Below, one piece after another: positions 8,639 through 18,164 of a stretch of DNA of 60,141 nucleotides. A model generated the notes under the pieces. The model saw only the letters and a list, made by a program, of their open reading frames with translations, had not been told where the DNA came from and ran no database searches. The stretch is from a virus (taxonomy: Duplodnaviria; Caudoviricetes): IMG/VR virus record IMGVR_UViG_3300043579_000337, positions 1 through 60,141 of that record. One strand, given 5' to 3'. Both the position numbers and the translations under genes were made by a program. Position 1 is the first letter of the stretch; the number at the start of each line of letters is the position of its first letter.

Positions 8639-9844
8639 ATGAGCGAAGAACGCGTTCATCACCCCTACAGCCCGTCGAGTTTGCAATCGCTCGAAGCGTG
8701 CCCGTGTTACACTTCGCGGTCTTCCGACCACGTGCGCACCATTATCGGAACCATCGCGCACAAGTCGACGGAGACCCGGACCGACGATAACCGGCTGGAT
8801 GACGATGATGCCGCTGCAGTAGCTGAGTGCATGGATTTTTACGAGTCGCGCAAACGGCTGATGGAAGAAGACCAACGAAAAAATCAGCAAGCGTTTTGTC
8901 CTGGCGGCGTAGAAAAGCTGCCGGCGATTTCAGAGTTACTCGAAACCTATTTGGAAATTGACGATTGCGTTTTTGAAGACGCAAAATCAACGACCGCGGG
9001 GTATGTTGACCGGGTCGTGATATCGTGGGATAAAACGCACGCCGAACTCTTCGATTGGAAGTTCGGGTTCTGGCCTATCGAGGTTGCCGAAAACAACCTC
9101 CAGGGCATCGCCTACGCGCTGGGACTTTTTCGTCGGTATCCAACGCTGCAGGCGGCGAAGTTTTGGTTCAAGCAGCCGCTGATTAACGATATCCAGGAGG
9201 CTACGTTTACCCGCGCGCAAATTCCGGCGCTGTATCTCCGCGTCCAGGTCGTCGTTGCCGAAGCTCGTGAAGCGCGGCGGCTGATGAAAATTAACGACTG
9301 GTCGAAGGCGCGGCCGATGGTGCCGGCTTGCAATTTTTGCGCCAACATCGGACGATGCCCGAAGGTAACCGAGTTTGCGTGCCGAGTCGGTTCGAAGTTT
9401 TTCCCACTGGAAATTCCGGAAAACATCACGCCGAGTATGGTGCATTCACCAGAGAACACGGTGCTCGGGCTTCGGCTGGCCCAGGTGCTGGCGGTATGGT
9501 CGAAGGCATTCAAGACCGTCATTACGGACCGCGTCATTCGCCGCGACGCGGTTCCGCCGGACGGGTATCGGCTGGAAGTTCGGGCCGACCGAGAAATAGT
9601 TAATCCGGTCAAATATAAAGAAATTGCCTTGCAATATCTGACCGAACAAGAGTATACTGACTCGTTGTCGGTTTCGCTCGGCGCCGTCGAGAAAAAAATC
9701 AGCGAAAAGGCGCCGCGCGGGAATAAGACGGCGGCGGTAGACGCGTTCAAACAAGCGCTGCTCGATTCCGGCGCAGTGGAAAAAGGTGCGCCGTATAGTT
9801 TTCTCAAAGCAACATCAACAAAAACCAAAACAGAAAATCAATAA
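8639..9844 (+). CDS. PD-(D/E)XK exonuclease, DUF2800/Cas4-like
   Basis: SPSS..C, GTIAH, GYVD, DWKFG, NxQxxxYALG, CNFC...C Fe-S ligands. Confidence 0.85.
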   Translation: MSEERVHHPYSPSSLQSLEACPCYTSRSSDHVRTIIGTIAHKSTETRTDDNRLDDDDAAAVAECMDFYESRKRLMEEDQRKNQQAFCPGGVEKLPAISELLETYLEIDDCVFEDAKSTTAGYVDRVVISWDKTHAELFDWKFGFWPIEVAENNLQGIAYALGLFRRYPTLQAAKFWFKQPLINDIQEATFTRAQIPALYLRVQVVVAEAREARRLMKINDWSKARPMVPACNFCANIGRCPKVTEFACRVGSKFFPLEIPENITPSMVHSPENTVLGLRLAQVLAVWSKAFKTVITDRVIRRDAVPPDGYRLEVRADREIVNPVKYKEIALQYLTEQEYTDSLSVSLGAVEKKISEKAPRGNKTAAVDAFKQALLDSGAVEKGAPYSFLKATSTKTKTENQ

Positions 9845-9845
9845 T

Positions 9846-10712
9846 ATGGAAGTAGACTTCTCAAAATCCGGTCAAGGTGGCTCCGCTCCGGCGCCCGTGC
9901 TTGAACAACCCTCGTCACCAAGTTGTTGCCCAGCCGGCCATCCAGGCACAGCGGGTGAACCCGGCGTCAGCTCGGCGCCCGTGGCCGACAACCAGCAACT
10001 CGCGACCGGCGGATTGCTACTCGGTGATAAGCTGCCGACGTTCAAGGAAATCATCCTGCCCCGGCTGAATATCGTGCAGGGCTCGGGCATGTTGAAGGAC
10101 AGTTTTCCCTTCGGGAGCATTGTTTATAACCAGCAGGCTGTGCTGTATACCCCGCCGGATATTGACAAGCAGACCGGCAACATCAAACGCGCCGGCACCA
10201 AGCCCGTCGTGATTACGGTGCTGGGTTTTCATCCCACACGTTACGCCGAAAAGGTTGTCGGCGGAGCCCGCGGCATCATCGTGAATTCCGAGGACGCAGT
10301 TCGTGCGGCCGGCGGCACACTCGACTACAATGAATGGAAGCTGAAGGCCAGCTCTGGCATGAAGCGGTTCGAGTATCTGGCGGAAGCAGTCGTCGCGGTT
10401 GAGCGGCCGGAGTGCTGCGCAGACGACGATACCGTTTTCGTGTATTCCGTCGACGGTAAAAAGTATGCCCTGGCGATTTGGGGGCTCAAGGGCACCGCCT
10501 ACACGGCTGCTGCCAAGCGGGTGTTTTTCACCGCGCGGTCGATGGGCTGCTTGCAAAAGGGCGGATACCCGTCCTGGAGCTATTCCGTCAGCACGCGCGC
10601 GGAAACACGCGAACAGAATACCTACGCGGTGCCCGTGTGCTTGCCGTGCTGCAAATCCACGCCGGCATTCCTGGAATTCGCGAATTCCATCCTGAACCCA
10701 ACGGGTAAGTAA
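9846..10712 (+). CDS. putative ssDNA-binding/annealing protein
   Basis: Lies between the DUF2800 nuclease and PolA; IILPRLNIVQ motif; call rests mostly on synteny. Confidence 0.5.
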   Translation: MEVDFSKSGQGGSAPAPVLEQPSSPSCCPAGHPGTAGEPGVSSAPVADNQQLATGGLLLGDKLPTFKEIILPRLNIVQGSGMLKDSFPFGSIVYNQQAVLYTPPDIDKQTGNIKRAGTKPVVITVLGFHPTRYAEKVVGGARGIIVNSEDAVRAAGGTLDYNEWKLKASSGMKRFEYLAEAVVAVERPECCADDDTVFVYSVDGKKYALAIWGLKGTAYTAAAKRVFFTARSMGCLQKGGYPSWSYSVSTRAETREQNTYAVPVCLPCCKSTPAFLEFANSILNPTGK

Positions 10713-10778
10713 TTCCCCTCCCGACCGGCGGACAGTTTGTGCAGAAGTAATTAGATGCCGCTGCCCGCCGGAATAAAT

Positions 10779-10806
10779 TTGACAACGCGTTTAAACATGG
10801 TATATT
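10779..10806 (+). promoter_or_regulatory. sigma70-type promoter
   Basis: TTGACA (10779-84), 16-nt spacer ending TGG, TATATT (10801-06); ATG 7 nt downstream. Confidence 0.75.
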
Positions 10807-10813
10807 GGAACCC

Positions 10814-11455
10814 ATGAGTAAACCAAAATACGAAACACGAGAAGAATGGTTGGTCGCCGCGGTCGACGCGATGCGCCCACTGTTCAAGTCCCATGAATAC
10901 GTCATTCCGGCTTTGCGCGTAACGTGCGGCTGGCCGAGCAGTCGAGCGCTGTCGAGGAAGAAACGGTGCCTCGGTGAGTGCTGGTCCAAGGAATCCAGCA
11001 CGGACAAGAAACCGCAGATTTTCATTTCGCCGTATCTCGACGAAGCAGCCTCCGACACGGGAGTGCTCGCGACGCTGGTGCACGAAGTAGTGCACGCCGT
11101 CGTCGGCAACAAGGAAGGGCATAACAAGGTTTTCGGTAAGTGCGCCCGGGCGGTAGGGCTCGAAGGCAAGCTGACCTCCACGAACGCCGGGGAAGAATTA
11201 GTCTCCGCCATGGAGGATTGGTCGAAGTCGCTGGGAGAATACCCGCACGCGCGACTCGATTTGCTGAAACGGCCCACCAAGAAACAGACTACCAGGATGG
11301 TGAAATGCGAATGCGGAACCTGCGGCTACACTGTCCGGACTAGCCGGAAGTGGCTTGAGGAAACCGGCGCGCCGATTTGCCCGTGCAACAAAAAGTCGAT
11401 GGGGTTTGAGATTCCCGACGAACTCGACTCCGACGATGGTGGGGGTGATGAGTGA
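10814..11455 (+). CDS. SprT-like metalloprotease with C-terminal Zn ribbon
   Basis: TREEWL, LGECW, IFISP, LVHEVVHA, GH...F, KCEC..CGY.VR...CPC. Confidence 0.85.
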   Translation: MSKPKYETREEWLVAAVDAMRPLFKSHEYVIPALRVTCGWPSSRALSRKKRCLGECWSKESSTDKKPQIFISPYLDEAASDTGVLATLVHEVVHAVVGNKEGHNKVFGKCARAVGLEGKLTSTNAGEELVSAMEDWSKSLGEYPHARLDLLKRPTKKQTTRMVKCECGTCGYTVRTSRKWLEETGAPICPCNKKSMGFEIPDELDSDDGGGDE

Positions 11456-11844
11456 AACGTGGCAAACTCAAAAAGTCTTTGGTAGCCGTGCCGGTGCCTG
11501 TCGAAAATATCCCGACACCGGTTGTAAAACACACACCGCCGTTTTCGTTCAAGGTCACGATTCGAGAATACACCCGGCTGCGGGTCGGTGACGTGGTGCG
11601 ATTTGGCGAAGGCCACGCTGAGCACATCGTGACACAAATCAATCCGTCCTGCGCGCGCATTATACCGCTCGGCGCCCTGGGCACCAAAGCGGTTTCGTTT
11701 ACGCCGCGGTTTGCCGACAAGCCGGTGGTGTTTAACGCGCCCATCAAATCGGACCCGATTGCGATATCCGCAAACTCGGAATGCCCGATACTCCGCCGGC
11801 TAGGAAAAAATTGGCGGGAAAAATTGAACGAATCTCAGCCGTAG
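11452..11844 (+). CDS. hypothetical protein
   Basis: 130 aa; GTGA overlap. Confidence 0.6.
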   Translation: MKRGKLKKSLVAVPVPVENIPTPVVKHTPPFSFKVTIREYTRLRVGDVVRFGEGHAEHIVTQINPSCARIIPLGALGTKAVSFTPRFADKPVVFNAPIKSDPIAISANSECPILRRLGKNWREKLNESQP

Positions 11845-11931
11845 CTGTCAATATCTAGCCGCAATTGAGCGAACCCGCGGATAGGGAATTGCTCCGCCGA
11901 GGTGGCCGGCGTAATGAGCCACCACGTTACA

Positions 11932-12219
11932 ATGACCCCGAAAGAGTATCAACGACAGTGGTATCAGAAAAACAAAATTCATAAGGATGGTTTGTATGGA
12001 ATCACGATACAAGATTTTTTTACTTTGAAGCGCACACAACGAAACCGATGCGCGATTTGTAAAAAGAAGTTTCGTCGAACCCCGCATGTTGACCACGAAC
12101 ATCGCACAAAGAAAGTTCGGGGTTTGTTATGCTCTTCGTGCAACATCGGGTTGGGGCGGTTCAAAGATAACCCGATTTTTTTAATCCGTGGTGCTCGCTA
12201 TCTACGGAGGACGGTATGA
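11932..12219 (+). CDS. endonuclease VII-family (His-Me finger) free-standing homing endonuclease
   Basis: YGIT...QRNRCAIC...VDHEH.TKKVRGLLCSSCNIGLG.FKDN. Confidence 0.9.
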   Translation: MTPKEYQRQWYQKNKIHKDGLYGITIQDFFTLKRTQRNRCAICKKKFRRTPHVDHEHRTKKVRGLLCSSCNIGLGRFKDNPIFLIRGARYLRRTV

Positions 12220-14219
12220 GCCAAGTGATAGCGGTGGACACCGAGGTCTTTTATTCCTCGAAACTCAAGCATACCCTCAAGCTACAAATCGCGGAGCAAT
12301 TTTGTAGGTCTCACTTGTTTGATTGCTACATGGTCAGCGTCTCCGACGGAACCACGTGTTGGTCCGGCCATCCCAGAGAACTGAATTGGGACGCCCTCCA
12401 AGGCAAAACGCTGGTCAGTCATAACGCCTACTGGGACCAAACTTGCTACGAAGAAATGGTCCGGCGGGGGCAGGCTCCGCAAATAAAGTTTGAAGCGTGG
12501 CACTGTAGTGCGAACCTGAGTGCGTATCTCTGCAACCGCCGGGCGCTCGACGCCGCGGTCGAACACCTTTTCAACGTTAAAATCAGCAAGACCGCGCGGT
12601 CGGACGCGAACGGAAAGCAATGGCCAAAAGATTTTTCGGAAAAAGAGCGGGCGGACATGATGGAATATGCGCGCGGGGATGCGTTTTGGTGCTGGAAAAT
12701 TTGGAATGATTTTTCTCCGCGTTGGCCCGAGCACGAACGTCGTTTGTCGAAAATGACAATCGACCAAGGGAAGCGCGGAGTCCAAATCGACCGGGAGCTA
12801 CTCGACAAGTATATCCTGGAAACGCACGCGATGAAGATGGCGACGGAAGGCACGATTCCCTGGATACGTGATGCCGACGACGAGGCGTGGGAAGAATTCA
12901 ACGCCAAGCCGACTTCGACGAAGTGTATAGCAGAAGAATGTCGCCGTTCCGGCATTCCCGCGCCGCCGGTGAAGTCGGAAGATGAGGAAGCATACGAGGA
13001 GTGGGAGACTCAGTATAGTTCGAAACACACCTGGATAAAATCCATTTCGGCTTGGCGCTCGATTAATAAGCTGTATAAAACTTTCATCACCGTCAAGGAG
13101 CGGCTCCGCGACGACGGCACTATGCCATTTTCGCTGAAATACTTTGGCGCCCACACCGGCCGATGGTCCGGCGATGCCAAAGTGAATATGCAGAACATGC
13201 GCAAAAAACCGATGCTCTGCAACGAATTCGGGCTGCTCGAAACCAACGACAAGCGTTCCGATTCTGCAATCGATACACATTCTGAGACGGGAGTCTGGCC
13301 GGAGTGGGTGAAGTCGTCGATTGATTTTCGAGCACTCATAACACCTCGTCCGGGAAAATTTTTAATTACGTCGGATTTGAGTCAAGTGGAACCACGAGTG
13401 CTGGCATGGTGCGCCGGCGATTTTGAATTTCTCGAAATTGTGCGCCGGGGAATTTCAGTTTACCAAGCGCACGCCGAGGCTACGATGGGCTGGCCGAAGG
13501 GCGTTCCGATGGATAAAAAATCTGAGCAATATAAGCTCGCTAAGGCCCGCATTCTTGCCTTGGGTTACGGTGCCGGATGGGAAAAATTCATTGCGATGGC
13601 GTGGACCCTGGCGCGACTCGATATCACCAAAGACGACCCCGAGTGGATTGAAGTGCCCGACCCCGTTACCGGCGAGGTTAAGAAAATCTCTGGTTATGGC
13701 AGCACCAGTAAGAAAATCGTTGAACAATTCCGGGCCGACAATCCCCGAATTGCTGCGCGCTACGACGCTCCAGCGCCGGGACTTTGGCACCAGCTTGACG
13801 ATGCGTTTAAACGGTCTATTGGTTCCGACTTTACGTTACGATTACCTTCCGGGCGTGCCATGCGCTACGAAAAAGTCCGGTGCGATGTTCGAATTGAAAA
13901 AGATAAAGAGACTGGCAAGCCTCGCCGAAAGTCAGTTTTTACCGCTAATTCGGACGGGCGGCGTAAGTCTTTTTACGGAGGGAAACTAGTGGAGAATCTC
14001 GTTCAGGCAACGGCACGCGACGTTTTTGCGGAGCACATGCTCCGCGTTCAGGACCGCGGCTGGACTGTTCTTTTTCACGTGCATGATGAATTGATTGTAG
14101 AAGTCGATGAGACAGTGACGGTGGAAGACATCGAACGGGAAATGAGTTACTGCCCGGAGTGGTTGAGTGGGTGTCCCCTTGCGGCGGAGGCTCATAAAGT
14201 GGAGCGATATACCAAGTGA
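12216..14219 (+). CDS. polA: phage DNA polymerase, family A, with 3'-5' exonuclease
   Basis: Exo I VDTE, HNAYWD; YFGAHTGRWSG; motif A SDLSQVEPR; motif B KARILALGYG; ENLVQATARD; motif C VHDE. Confidence 0.95.
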   Translation: MSQVIAVDTEVFYSSKLKHTLKLQIAEQFCRSHLFDCYMVSVSDGTTCWSGHPRELNWDALQGKTLVSHNAYWDQTCYEEMVRRGQAPQIKFEAWHCSANLSAYLCNRRALDAAVEHLFNVKISKTARSDANGKQWPKDFSEKERADMMEYARGDAFWCWKIWNDFSPRWPEHERRLSKMTIDQGKRGVQIDRELLDKYILETHAMKMATEGTIPWIRDADDEAWEEFNAKPTSTKCIAEECRRSGIPAPPVKSEDEEAYEEWETQYSSKHTWIKSISAWRSINKLYKTFITVKERLRDDGTMPFSLKYFGAHTGRWSGDAKVNMQNMRKKPMLCNEFGLLETNDKRSDSAIDTHSETGVWPEWVKSSIDFRALITPRPGKFLITSDLSQVEPRVLAWCAGDFEFLEIVRRGISVYQAHAEATMGWPKGVPMDKKSEQYKLAKARILALGYGAGWEKFIAMAWTLARLDITKDDPEWIEVPDPVTGEVKKISGYGSTSKKIVEQFRADNPRIAARYDAPAPGLWHQLDDAFKRSIGSDFTLRLPSGRAMRYEKVRCDVRIEKDKETGKPRRKSVFTANSDGRRKSFYGGKLVENLVQATARDVFAEHMLRVQDRGWTVLFHVHDELIVEVDETVTVEDIEREMSYCPEWLSGCPLAAEAHKVERYTK

Positions 14220-14692
14220 CTAAAAAAGAATACCAGCAGCAATGGAGGGCCAAAAATCCGGGATATGATAAATTATGGCGTGCGCGCAATCCGGGAAAAG
14301 CCGCAGCCGCTAACCGGCGTTATAGGGTCGCACATCCAGACCGCGCGGCTGCACAGGCGCGCCGGTATGCCAAATTATATCCGGAACGGATTAAGGCATA
14401 TATAGACCGGATACGACGGGAACACCCTGATAGGTTCAAGACGTATCGTTTAAAATCTCTATATGGGCTGACGGAAACCACGTATCAAAAATTATTAGCG
14501 TCGCAAGGCGGCGTGTGCGCCATTTGCAAAAACCCAGAAACTATAAAGAATCGTCGGCTCGGAGTAGACCATTGCCATAAGAGCGGCAAAGTTCGGGGAC
14601 TGTTATGTGATTCTTGTAATACTGGCTTGGGGCGCTTTCGGGATAGCGTGCCGCTTTTACGACGCGCTATTCGATATTTGGAACAAGCATGA
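14216..14692 (+). CDS. endonuclease VII-family homing endonuclease
   Basis: Basic WRAxNP repeats, then QGGVCAIC...VDHCHKSGKVRGLLCDSCNTGLG. Confidence 0.9.
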   Translation: MTKKEYQQQWRAKNPGYDKLWRARNPGKAAAANRRYRVAHPDRAAAQARRYAKLYPERIKAYIDRIRREHPDRFKTYRLKSLYGLTETTYQKLLASQGGVCAICKNPETIKNRRLGVDHCHKSGKVRGLLCDSCNTGLGRFRDSVPLLRRAIRYLEQA

Positions 14693-16893
14693 AATTTTTC
14701 GGCACCAAGAATCTGGTAGTCCGGTCACTCACCCCATGCGAACCGTGGAATTTCAAACCGGCGGAATTACCATCCGCCCAGATTCGAAATGATAAACAGT
14801 CTCGCCAGGAATTCTACCAGAACATCGATACCGATTGGAATTTTTATTCGCCGCTGGAACCCAGCAATCCGAATCAGCGAATCGGAAAAGACAATCCGGT
14901 CCGCTGTATCCAGGGCTTCGCGGCAGACTATGACATAAAAATTCCGATTGAACGCGTGCGTGAGGGCGTAGCATCACTGCCGATTAAGCCGCAGTGGATA
15001 GAGACCTCGCTCGGCGGCAACACGCGCCTTGTCTGGGTGTTCCCGCGGCCGTTCGCCGTCGATGATTACAATTTTTGCTGCTTCATTCTGGAACAAGCAA
15101 TCGAGTGGCTCCGGCTCGATATGCTGCCGGCTCTCGACAAGGGCGCCTTCACCGACCCGGCTCGGCTGCTTTGCAATGGGGCGGTTTGGGAATCCACAAA
15201 TCATCCACCGGTATCCGAGCAGACCCTGCAATCTTTCATGGTGCAATGCGGAAAGGATTTCCGTTTTCAGGGCGCCGAGGGACCGGATATTCCGCTGGAC
15301 ATAGTCGAGGCCGTCATCAAGGAAAAGTATCCGGCGTTTAGCTGGCCCGGGGAGTTTTCCATCGACAGCCAAGGTCCGTCGTTTTGGGTGCCCGGTAGCG
15401 TGTCCGCGGCTTCCGCCATCGTAAAAAAAGATGGAATGTTCACGTTCTCTGACCACGCCGAGAAATCGTTTTACCCATGGGCCGACATTATCGGTCCGGA
15501 TGCCATAAAATCGTTCACCGACGGCGCGATAGCGAAAGCGACCGCCGATATCTGGTGGGACGGCAAGCATTTTTGGCGCAAAAAGTCCGAACAATACTGC
15601 TCCTGCGACAGTGTGGAACTGAATAACTATTTCAAAGTGAACTGCCGGTTATCTACCCGGCCGGGCAAGGACGGAATATCGATGATTGACCTTGCCCTGA
15701 ATCACATCTGGTCAGCCGGTGTTATCCAGGGCGCGGCGCCGTTCGTGTTCCGGCCGCACGGACTGCTCGATTTCAACGGCAAGCGAGTGCTCAATACGTA
15801 TCTCAGCCGGGTGATTCGTCCGCTCGATGGGACCGCTAACTGGGGAGAGCACTTCCCGTTTTTGTCGTTGTTGTTCGATAATCTTTTCGAGCCGGCTTCT
15901 CAACTCCCGCATTTTCTGGCTTGGTGGAAATACTTTTACAGCTCGGCCCTCAATCTCACGCCGGCGCCTGGACAGAATATTTTTCTGATGGGCGGCGCGG
16001 CGGTCGGCAAAACGTTGACCAGTCGTCACATCGTTGGAAAGTCCGTCGGCGGGTTCATGGACGCCGCGGACCATTTAACGGGGCGGTCTGATTTCGACAG
16101 CGAAATGTATGAAGTCGGGTTGTGGTGCGTTGACGATGAAACCATGGGCGACAGCAACGCGGCTCAGGCGAACTTCCAGGCAATGCTGAAGAAAATCGCC
16201 GCGAATCAGGAGTTCAAGCACAAGAAAAAATTCGAAGTGAATTGCTTAACCCAGTGGATGGGTCGCGCGATTTGCACCACCAACCTGGACTACATCTCCA
16301 GCCGTGCGCTCGGCTCGCTCGACAACACGTCGGCCGACAAGACGTGTGTGTTCCGGTGTGGCTCGGAATCGAGGATTGTGTTCCCAAGCCGAACCGAGCT
16401 GCCGAAAATAATCACCGCGGAGCTGCCGGCGATGCTGCGTTGGTTACTCGACTGGACACCGCCGGATTCGGTTAAGCGGGATATCCGATACGGATACTCT
16501 GCCTTTCACGAGCCGACGTTGCTGAACCAAGCGTATCAGTCCAGTAAGGTTGCGCCGTTCAAGGAACTGCTGGTCGAGGCACTCACGGAACATTTTCAGC
16601 AGAACCGCGATGCTACTGAATGGCGCGGAACCGCGACTCAGCTAATCCGGACGTTGCACATGAACCCGCTCAATGAGCCGGTTGTGCGTGCGCTGCGATT
16701 AGAGCAGACCACTCGATACCTTGAAATGATTCAGCGTGAAGACTTGCTGCATTGCACCACGGAGCCTGGACCGCTAAAAACGAGGATTTGGAAGTTTGCG
16801 CGGTTTGACCCCGTTACTATAGATGCCTCTCCGACAGTCGCCCCGCCAACACCTCCAATCCAATCGTCCAATATCAACATTTTCCAAAAATGA
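14689..16893 (+). CDS. primase-helicase (N-terminal primase, C-terminal SF3/DUF5906 NTPase)
   Basis: ADYD and ETSLGGN primase-like motifs; GGAAVGKT Walker A, VDDE Walker B, TTN motif C. Confidence 0.85.
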   Translation: MKFFGTKNLVVRSLTPCEPWNFKPAELPSAQIRNDKQSRQEFYQNIDTDWNFYSPLEPSNPNQRIGKDNPVRCIQGFAADYDIKIPIERVREGVASLPIKPQWIETSLGGNTRLVWVFPRPFAVDDYNFCCFILEQAIEWLRLDMLPALDKGAFTDPARLLCNGAVWESTNHPPVSEQTLQSFMVQCGKDFRFQGAEGPDIPLDIVEAVIKEKYPAFSWPGEFSIDSQGPSFWVPGSVSAASAIVKKDGMFTFSDHAEKSFYPWADIIGPDAIKSFTDGAIAKATADIWWDGKHFWRKKSEQYCSCDSVELNNYFKVNCRLSTRPGKDGISMIDLALNHIWSAGVIQGAAPFVFRPHGLLDFNGKRVLNTYLSRVIRPLDGTANWGEHFPFLSLLFDNLFEPASQLPHFLAWWKYFYSSALNLTPAPGQNIFLMGGAAVGKTLTSRHIVGKSVGGFMDAADHLTGRSDFDSEMYEVGLWCVDDETMGDSNAAQANFQAMLKKIAANQEFKHKKKFEVNCLTQWMGRAICTTNLDYISSRALGSLDNTSADKTCVFRCGSESRIVFPSRTELPKIITAELPAMLRWLLDWTPPDSVKRDIRYGYSAFHEPTLLNQAYQSSKVAPFKELLVEALTEHFQQNRDATEWRGTATQLIRTLHMNPLNEPVVRALRLEQTTRYLEMIQREDLLHCTTEPGPLKTRIWKFARFDPVTIDASPTVAPPTPPIQSSNINIFQK

Positions 16894-17240
16894 TTATGAA
16901 ATTTTTCAAATGGTGGCATCGCCGAAAAATCCTGGCGATACGGTCTTCGACTCGCCGCGCGCCACTTCCATTGGCCGAGTTGCGAGAACATATCGAATCG
17001 ACCGGCGGATGGGCATATCCCTACGTGCCGACGTGGCGGGATATGTGGGAGCGGCTGCGGCTTGCGCTGTATCTCCGTCGGCGGATTATGAAACACCCTC
17101 GGTCGCGAATGGAAAAAATCGGCCCTCGGCACTACCGGGAAATTGATTCGCCGAGTGATGACGTGCTCAGTCTACCGGATGAAAATTTCTGGAAACGCCA
17201 GGAAGTCGGACTTTTTGCAAAGGAACCACCTAATGAATAA
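16890..17240 (+). CDS. hypothetical protein
   Basis: 116 aa; overlaps both neighbours. Confidence 0.55.
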   Translation: MIMKFFKWWHRRKILAIRSSTRRAPLPLAELREHIESTGGWAYPYVPTWRDMWERLRLALYLRRRIMKHPRSRMEKIGPRHYREIDSPSDDVLSLPDENFWKRQEVGLFAKEPPNE

Positions 17241-17916
17241 TTCAACCGAAAGTTCCGTTTTACGCGGATTGCCCACCGAAAAGCTATCACCGGCCGACGA
17301 AGATAGCCTAGCGCGTGTTGGCGACCTGGAATCCCTGGTGCTACACAACATGCGCGAAGGGTTTTTCTATGCACGCCACCTGTCGAGGGGTAAACTGGCC
17401 GAAGATGAAGTGTTCAGCGCGGTGTATATCGCGTTAGAGCACGCGAGCCGAAACTACAAGCCGGGCACAAAGCCGGGCATCCGGTTTTTCGCTTATGCAA
17501 AGCCGTATGTGCGGGGCGGGCTTAGCCGGCTGTGGAAGTCCAAAGACGTCGTCAAAAATGCGCACCATGAATCACTCGATGTGCCCACGATTGATACTTC
17601 GGCTCGCATAGACCGGGATGACGACCCAGCAACGATGGACATGGATTGTAAGTGGGAAACCGAAGAGCACGCGGACCCGGAATTCGCGCTAATGCACCTC
17701 CGCGAGCGTCTTGAAGCGGTTAGGCCCGCAATGAAGTCCGTGCTTAGTGACCACGAGCGACTCGTAATCGAATTGACCTACTTCGGTCATTATAATTTCG
17801 AAGAGATTGGAGAAAAGCTGGGTGTTTCTCGTTCTGCGGTGCAAAACGCCCACACCCGCGCAATGCGAAAATTGCGTTCGACTTTGTCTCGCAAACGTGA
17901 ACTGTTTAGTAGCTAA
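17233..17916 (+). CDS. phage-encoded sigma70-family sigma factor
   Basis: Region 2: LVLHNMR...ALEHASRNYKP...RFFAYAKPYVRG. Region 4: LSDHERLVIEL.Y..YNFEEIGEKLGVSRSAV...RAMRKLR. Confidence 0.9.
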   Translation: MNNSTESSVLRGLPTEKLSPADEDSLARVGDLESLVLHNMREGFFYARHLSRGKLAEDEVFSAVYIALEHASRNYKPGTKPGIRFFAYAKPYVRGGLSRLWKSKDVVKNAHHESLDVPTIDTSARIDRDDDPATMDMDCKWETEEHADPEFALMHLRERLEAVRPAMKSVLSDHERLVIELTYFGHYNFEEIGEKLGVSRSAVQNAHTRAMRKLRSTLSRKRELFSS

Positions 17917-18164
17917 TGAAAACCATTCCACTCACGCAAGGTTTCGAGGCGATAGTCAATAATTCTGACTATCCGAAACTGTCCCGATGGAAGTGGTATG
18001 GGGTCTCGTGGCATCGGTATGTTAGCAAATGGCGAGCCTATATAAGGGCTTCAAATCGACACTTTTATTTGGGGTATTTTGATAACCCAATCGTTGCCGC
18101 GAAAGCTTACGACGCCGCAGCTCGAAAACTTCACGGTCGGTTTGCTTGTTTAAATTTTCCATGA
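17916..18164 (+). CDS. AP2-domain protein; HNH-AP2 homing endonuclease remnant without the HNH domain
   Basis: MKTIPLTQG..AIV...D....S.WKW joined directly to GVSW...KWRAYI...LGYF....AAKAYDAAA..LHG.FA.LNFP. Confidence 0.8.
   Translation: MKTIPLTQGFEAIVNNSDYPKLSRWKWYGVSWHRYVSKWRAYIRASNRHFYLGYFDNPIVAAKAYDAAARKLHGRFACLNFP

Noticed and set aside
8639-9844. Cas4-like nuclease as a sign of a CRISPR system
   Set aside because: No array or other cas genes; it sits in the standard helicase-nuclease-SSB-PolA replication block.
12216-14692. Intron or intein in polA
   Set aside because: All polymerase motifs lie in one continuous ORF; the nucleases flank it.
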